From: a virus
Lineage: Duplodnaviria; Caudoviricetes
DNA length: 30,248 nucleotides
Direction: 5' to 3' (one strand)
IMG/VR virus record: IMGVR_UViG_3300020403_000054
Span: 1-30,248 of that record
Program-made: the position numbers and the translations under genes
Part shown: positions 25,130 through 30,248 of the stretch, in pieces
Layout: each line of letters starts with the position of its first letter
How positions within the stretch are numbered: position 1 is the stretch's first letter
Notes under the pieces: model-generated
Seen by the model: only the letters and a program-made list of their open reading frames with translations
The model's database searches: none
What the model was told of the DNA's origin: nothing

Positions 25130-25785
25130 AATTATTTCTTGATTCCGCTATTACAGATGAAATCAGACAGTATTACAATACTGGTATGATTGACGGAGTC
25201 ACAACTAATCCCACTCTGATATACAAATCAGGCAGAAACCCAGAAGATGTATACCAAGAGTTAATCGATATGGGTATACCTGATATTAGTATGGAAGTCG
25301 TAGGTGACGAAAATACTATGATTGGTGAGGGTAGAAGACTGATTAAAAAGTTTGGTAATCGTCAAGCAACAATTAAAGTGCCCTGCACAGTAGAAGGTCT
25401 AGCCGCATGCAGAGCATTATCAGAAGAAGGAGCAAGAGTAAACGTCACTCTTATATTCTCATTAGCACAATCTATACTGGCACATAAGTCGGGAGCGACA
25501 TATGTTAGTCCATTTGTAGGTAGAGTTGATGATAACTCATTCAATGGTTTGGAATTGATTAAAGAGATTACTGCTACATTCTGCACACAAGATGTAGATA
25601 CAACACATGTATTGGCAGCATCACTTCGTGATGTGCATAGCGTTGCTGAATGTTTCACATACGGTGCTGACATTGTTACAATGCCACCTAAAATCTTTGA
25701 CAAGATGTATAATCATGTATTGACTGAGAAAGGTTTAGCATTATTTGACGCAGATTATGCAGCAACAATCGGTAAAACACTTTAA
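25126..25785 (+). CDS. talC: Transaldolase TalC (FSA/TalC family)
   Basis: LFLDSA, DGVTTNPTL, IKVP, NVTLIFS, YVSPFVGR.DD and LAASLR. Confidence 0.96.
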   Translation: MKLFLDSAITDEIRQYYNTGMIDGVTTNPTLIYKSGRNPEDVYQELIDMGIPDISMEVVGDENTMIGEGRRLIKKFGNRQATIKVPCTVEGLAACRALSEEGARVNVTLIFSLAQSILAHKSGATYVSPFVGRVDDNSFNGLELIKEITATFCTQDVDTTHVLAASLRDVHSVAECFTYGADIVTMPPKIFDKMYNHVLTEKGLALFDADYAATIGKTL

Positions 25786-26215
25786 AAATTGGATTGACGA
25801 GTGTTTTTTCTCGGGTGTGACATGGAATGATGTCATTGATAAGGTTGATTATGATGTATTAAATGGTGAGTGGGGTTATTGTGAAGACCCTCAAGAAGGA
25901 TTCATACCCACTATTGTATGTGAAGGTAAATGGAATGCACCTAATCTACAACCTATCATAGACAAAGTTGCAGATAATTTTGATTATCATAGAGTCCATA
26001 CCTATATTTCATTCGCTAAGGGTAAAACACTTGGCAGACACAATGATACAATGGATGTATTCATTGTAAATGTGTTGGGATTGGTGAAATATAGGTTTGA
26101 TGATGGCACAGATATAATCTTAAGACCTGGCGATGGCATACATATTCCTAAAGGAGTGTATCATAACCCATCGGTTATAGGACCTAGATGTAGTCTATCC
26201 TTCTCAAAGGAATAG
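25745..26215 (+). CDS. JmjC/cupin-type Fe(II)/2OG oxygenase
   Basis: HNDTMDVF (HxD), LRPGD.IHIPKG.YH and R.SLSF; start uncertain. Confidence 0.78.
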   Translation: MTQIMQQQSVKHFKNWIDECFFSGVTWNDVIDKVDYDVLNGEWGYCEDPQEGFIPTIVCEGKWNAPNLQPIIDKVADNFDYHRVHTYISFAKGKTLGRHNDTMDVFIVNVLGLVKYRFDDGTDIILRPGDGIHIPKGVYHNPSVIGPRCSLSFSKE

Positions 26216-26221
26216 AACGCT

Positions 26222-26229
26222 TATAAATA
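26222..26229 (+). promoter_or_regulatory. T4 late promoter TATAAATA
   Basis: Perfect consensus in the intergenic gap before a structural gene. Confidence 0.8.
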
Positions 26230-26258
26230 AAAAAGTAGCAAAGTAGTGTTGAATTTCA

Positions 26259-27605
26259 GTGGCAACTAAAAGAATATCCCAGTTAGATACAATCGCAGAC
26301 GCACTCGTAACTGGTGAAGCTATTCTGCCTATTGTTATATCTGACCCGCTAATTCCAAACCGTAAAGCAAAAGTTAATCAACTTTTCAGAGGTTTATCAG
26401 CAGGGTCGCAAACTGCGCCTGGATTAGCCTTCGATTTGGACAGGGATTCGGGAATTTATCAAAGTGCTGTCAATGAAATTGGTATCACATTTGGCACAGC
26501 AGCGTTTTATAACACACGCAGAAACAATACAGATGGGTCATCGACCTTAGTTGTTAGAGCTGTTGACACTGCCTCTGCAACATCAAGCATTGAATTCACA
26601 CCTCAGGGTAGTGGATTCTTTACTGTCAACGGTCCTATTATTCAGACCGATGCACAGTTTTTCTTAGGGGGCGACCAAAACCCTGCTAAGAGAGCACACT
26701 TTAACGTAGATACCATATCTACACAGTCAGGGACACGTCGTTTTGACCTACCAAACGTGGGGACAAACACAAGCACAACGTTGCTTGCAAACGATACATT
26801 CCAGACTATTACTAACAAGACAATTATTATCAAGGACGGTGAGTTACAAATCACAGGTTCTACATCAACAGATAAGATTGCTAAGTTAGAGTGTGACGCA
26901 TGGGAGTCACCAGGTTTACATACCTATAGACTACCTGACTTTGGTGCTGCTGTAACACAGTCGACTCTATTGGATGACGTTACAGAGCAAAACGTATTCA
27001 ATAAGAATATGGTTAACCCCACATTCTCGAATACACCTTCAAGTGATGAGCAGAATGACCCTACTCGTTATGTTATTTTTGATTCTTCTGAGCTAACTTT
27101 AAACAGGACAGTTATATTTCCTGACCTTAATATCAAGGTGGTTGGTGAAGCATCATCTCAAACAATAGAGAATAAACTGTTTAAGGGAGCAGTTTTCTGT
27201 GACACAGACGTAAGTGATGGCGAAGGTAGAAAGATACAATTCGACCTGTCTAACATAGAAGATAACCAGACATATGCTTTTGGTTTCCCAAATAATGCGG
27301 TTACCGCCCCATTAAACAATGGTGGTGCTACAAATATCTTAGTTACTGAATTAAAAACACAGACTCTTAAGAATAAAACCTTAGAGCTTACTAAGATAAA
27401 TAACCCAGACGACGTTAATGGTGAGATAACCATTGATGCATCAAATTTGACTGGTGCACGCACCATTCAATTCCCAGATGCTGATGCTACGTTGCTATCT
27501 ACTAACAACATTAGTGATGTTGCAATCAGTTTCGGTGGTGCATTGTCCGCTCCTGTATTGGGCGGTCAGATTCGATTACAATCATTTTTCCAAAGCGGAT
27601 GGTAA
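26259..27605 (+). CDS. Virion structural/fibre protein with five internal repeats
   Basis: GTG start; K.ISQL N-terminus, GS..APGL.F..D.DSGIY and repeated R...[LF]P[DN]...QT..NK modules; follows a late promoter. Confidence 0.7.
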   Translation: MATKRISQLDTIADALVTGEAILPIVISDPLIPNRKAKVNQLFRGLSAGSQTAPGLAFDLDRDSGIYQSAVNEIGITFGTAAFYNTRRNNTDGSSTLVVRAVDTASATSSIEFTPQGSGFFTVNGPIIQTDAQFFLGGDQNPAKRAHFNVDTISTQSGTRRFDLPNVGTNTSTTLLANDTFQTITNKTIIIKDGELQITGSTSTDKIAKLECDAWESPGLHTYRLPDFGAAVTQSTLLDDVTEQNVFNKNMVNPTFSNTPSSDEQNDPTRYVIFDSSELTLNRTVIFPDLNIKVVGEASSQTIENKLFKGAVFCDTDVSDGEGRKIQFDLSNIEDNQTYAFGFPNNAVTAPLNNGGATNILVTELKTQTLKNKTLELTKINNPDDVNGEITIDASNLTGARTIQFPDADATLLSTNNISDVAISFGGALSAPVLGGQIRLQSFFQSGW

Positions 27606-27609
27606 GTAA

Positions 27610-29865
27610 ATGACAGCAGGAAGACTAGCCGCTGCTAAACCAGGGGCGACTACAAACACAACGGTATATAGATGCCCTACTACAGTAACTGGTAGCACAG
27701 TATTAAATGTGTGTAATCAGTCAGGAAGTGCAGCGACATATCGGACAGCATTGAGAGATTATGACCAAGTGTTACATCTAAGTGGCACACAGTCATCCAC
27801 AGGTGCAGCAGCCTCACCTTTTAAGTTAGATAAAGGTAATCCAATTACGGCATATAAAATCCAGACAAACCCAGGATTCCAAGATGCTAACGCAATTCCA
27901 GGCACAACTTTTACATCAACAAATAATTCAATAGCAACGATTCTTGATGTATTCAAACCAACATCAGACGTTACATATTACACTATAGTTGCACCTGTCT
28001 CACAGACTCAGTTAGAAGCTAATAGTCAAGCAGGTACTTTCAGTAATGGTGAGACAATTACAGGAGCAACATCAGGTCTTACTGCGGTCTATCGTGGAGG
28101 AGCAGATACTGAATTAACATTACAATTTACAGATGTTACTACAGGAGCAACCACATTTAATATTTCTAGGAATACTGGTCTTGCTGACGGTATGTATCTT
28201 ACCTTGGGTATTGCCCAAAATACAGATGGGTCTCCTGCAGATACGGAAATCGTTAGTATCGATGCTAGTGGAATTAATACAACAACAAATGTTTTAACTG
28301 TTACTCGTGGTGCTCTTAACACAACTCCTAGGGTTATCCCTGCAGGAAGGTCATGTAATGCATGGAGTGCATCTGCTACAGTTACAACTATTGATGAGGG
28401 TGCGACATTTGCATCAGGTGACCTAACATTGACAGTTGCAGATTCTACTGGATTTGTTTCTGGTGGTAAGATGTTAATTGATAATGAGATATTAAATATC
28501 ACAGACGTAGCAGGAAATGATATAACTGTTGAGAGAGCACAGTATGGCACAGGAGACGTTGACCACAACAATGGTGCAACAGTTACACTGTTAACAGATA
28601 ATGGTGTATATCTTGCTAACTATTTTACTGAATCAGAGAGTATTTCTGGTGGCACATCAAACGCATCAGCAACATTAGGATTCTCTACTGCGTCTGACGC
28701 ACTTATCACTAATAAGTATCTTCTCTCTGAAACACAGGGTAGTGGACATATACTTTTTGGGTCTATACTTATCAGAAAAGATAGATTATATAAGTTTGAT
28801 TTAAGTGACTCTAGTAACAACAACTATCCACTTAAATTCTCTGCAGATGAGGCTGAAGGTACAAACGCAGACCCAACCCCAGGTACTGAATATACTGCAG
28901 GGGTCAGTAAAGTAGGTACCGCAGGCACAGGTGGAGCATATACTTCAATCGCAGTAACAGACTCCACTGAGATTAACCTATTTGCATATGCAGATGGAAG
29001 TCCTGCGGGTAGCACAACTGGTATTGGTTTCTCACTTGCAGTTGATGAAAACCCTGCATATAATGAGATTTACATCTATGATGTAAAGGGTGAGCCTCTT
29101 GCAGCAGGCGACACATTCACTGTTAATAGTGTTACCTATACTATCACAGCAGACAGTTTAGCTGGTGGTAATGCTGCTGTAACACCAGGACCATTTGGTT
29201 ATGTGCAGTCATATGACCCAGTTAATGCTCATCTGAAAGTTACGTTAGGTGAAGGGTCAACTCCATTTACTGCAGGCACAGAATTTTACGATACACCAAC
29301 GTTAAACAATGGTACTCGTACAATGGCAAAGGTTGTAACTGGTAAGATACTTACTGTCAACTCTATTGGTGCAGCAGATGGAAGTAGAGCAGCAGGCACA
29401 TACACTATCTCAGCTCCATCAGGCACTACAGGTAGTGGCACAGGAGACACATACTCTATAGTTGTGGATGGTAGTGGTGCAGCGACTGTAACTATTATTG
29501 ATGGTGGTGAAGGTCATGCAGCAGCAGATACAATTACAGTTAACGACTCATTACTTGGGTCTGGTGGCGGGGCAGCGTTGACATTTAATGTCGCTACAGT
29601 TAGCACAGGTGTCAATACAGACCAAGCAGCAATTTATAATGCGGAAGATTATGTATTCTATGATAAGTCAGTTGCAGCAAATACAACTGATAAAAATAGT
29701 GCAATCATTGTAGGTCCTGGACAAAACTTGACAGTCTACTCCTCAGCAGGCGACTTAAGTTATGTGGTTACAGGGTTTGAATCTCCTTCTGATGATTTCA
29801 CAGTAGTCAATATGACTAAGGTATCATCAACTGGTGATGGTGGAGCTGGTGGAGCAGCACCCTAA
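27610..29865 (+). CDS. Virion structural protein (Thr/Gly-rich, multidomain beta)
   Basis: 751 aa; F..GE.I.G.TS, LTV.R and YKFD.SDSSN..YPL.FS motifs typical of cyanomyophage baseplate/fibre proteins. Confidence 0.7.
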   Translation: MTAGRLAAAKPGATTNTTVYRCPTTVTGSTVLNVCNQSGSAATYRTALRDYDQVLHLSGTQSSTGAAASPFKLDKGNPITAYKIQTNPGFQDANAIPGTTFTSTNNSIATILDVFKPTSDVTYYTIVAPVSQTQLEANSQAGTFSNGETITGATSGLTAVYRGGADTELTLQFTDVTTGATTFNISRNTGLADGMYLTLGIAQNTDGSPADTEIVSIDASGINTTTNVLTVTRGALNTTPRVIPAGRSCNAWSASATVTTIDEGATFASGDLTLTVADSTGFVSGGKMLIDNEILNITDVAGNDITVERAQYGTGDVDHNNGATVTLLTDNGVYLANYFTESESISGGTSNASATLGFSTASDALITNKYLLSETQGSGHILFGSILIRKDRLYKFDLSDSSNNNYPLKFSADEAEGTNADPTPGTEYTAGVSKVGTAGTGGAYTSIAVTDSTEINLFAYADGSPAGSTTGIGFSLAVDENPAYNEIYIYDVKGEPLAAGDTFTVNSVTYTITADSLAGGNAAVTPGPFGYVQSYDPVNAHLKVTLGEGSTPFTAGTEFYDTPTLNNGTRTMAKVVTGKILTVNSIGAADGSRAAGTYTISAPSGTTGSGTGDTYSIVVDGSGAATVTIIDGGEGHAAADTITVNDSLLGSGGGAALTFNVATVSTGVNTDQAAIYNAEDYVFYDKSVAANTTDKNSAIIVGPGQNLTVYSSAGDLSYVVTGFESPSDDFTVVNMTKVSSTGDGGAGGAAP

Positions 29866-29872
29866 CTAAATA
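29866..29872 (+). promoter_or_regulatory. Late promoter variant CTAAATA
   Basis: Intergenic, 20 nt before ATG 29893. Confidence 0.6.
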
Positions 29873-29892
29873 TTTCCGTAGGAATTCCTTAA

Positions 29893-30248
29893 ATGGCACT
29901 AACCCGACTTAAAAATATCATCACGTCGAGGACAGGTCGTATTATATACGTCAACCCCGACGACTTTGATGCGTCTGATGCATTTGATAATAGAGGTAAC
30001 TCAGCGTTACGTCCATTTAAGACGTTGCAGAGAGCATTTCTTGAGGTAGCAAGATTTTCATATAGAGTTGGTTTGAGTAATGACGAATTTGACGCATTCT
30101 CAATCTATCTCTATCCATCAGAGTATGTTATTGATAACCGACCTGGTTTAGCAGATTATAACCAAATCCAACCATTTAATGAGAATACTAACTTTGATTT
30201 AACGTCTGCAAGTAACGAATTATATAAATTTAACTCTACTCGTGGTGG
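29893..30248 (+). CDS. 5' end of large cyanophage virion structural/tail-fibre protein, partial
   Basis: Manual translation MALTRLKNIITSRTGRIIYVNPDDFDASDAFDNRGNSALRPFKTLQRAFLEVARFSY..., open to the window end; YV...D...G....PFKT...A motif. Confidence 0.8.
   Translation, partial: MALTRLKNIITSRTGRIIYVNPDDFDASDAFDNRGNSALRPFKTLQRAFLEVARFSYRVGLSNDEFDAFSIYLYPSEYVIDNRPGLADYNQIQPFNENTNFDLTSASNELYKFNSTRG

Noticed and set aside
12904-29015. Many minus-strand ORFs of 60-225 aa (e.g. 16298-16912, 21159-21836, 28089-28571)
   Set aside because: They lie antisense within well-supported genes, have the Pro/Ile/Ser-biased composition expected of shadow frames, and show no motifs.
1-30248. tRNA, rRNA, known riboswitch or mobile element
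   Set aside because: Intergenic gaps are under 90 bp, no cloverleaf was seen, and no transposase, integrase or homing endonuclease was recognised. A covariance-model scan was not possible.

Overview
This window is a gene-dense, AT-rich segment of a T4-like marine cyanomyophage genome. The host is probably Prochlorococcus, inferred from low GC and psbN/cpeT/cp12/talC content. In order it holds: the 3' end of a porin-like beta-barrel gene, glutaredoxin, thyX, an unannotated psbN, phoH, an exonuclease, gp33, DUF1825, gp32 and small cyanophage ORFs. A baseplate/tail block follows: gp53 and gp48 on the minus strand, then gp4, gp2, gp54-like, gp26, gp51, two paralogous tape-measure-like proteins, a gp27-like hub and gp5. 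cp12 and cpeT sit inside this block. Next comes a sigma70-promoter island with three Fe(II)/2OG oxygenases and talC, and then large virion structural genes. The top observation is a canonical -1 slippery heptamer (T TTT TTC) at the end of gp26 that opens directly into the short, RBS-less gp51 ORF just upstream of the tape-measure-like genes. This looks like a lambda G/GT-type tail-chaperone frameshift in a T4-like phage. Also notable are a C39-like cysteine peptidase bracketed by KAWWD repeats in one tape-measure paralog while gp5 shows no lysozyme domain, and interlocked divergent late promoters for gp48 and gp4. All family assignments come from motif recognition; no database searches were run.
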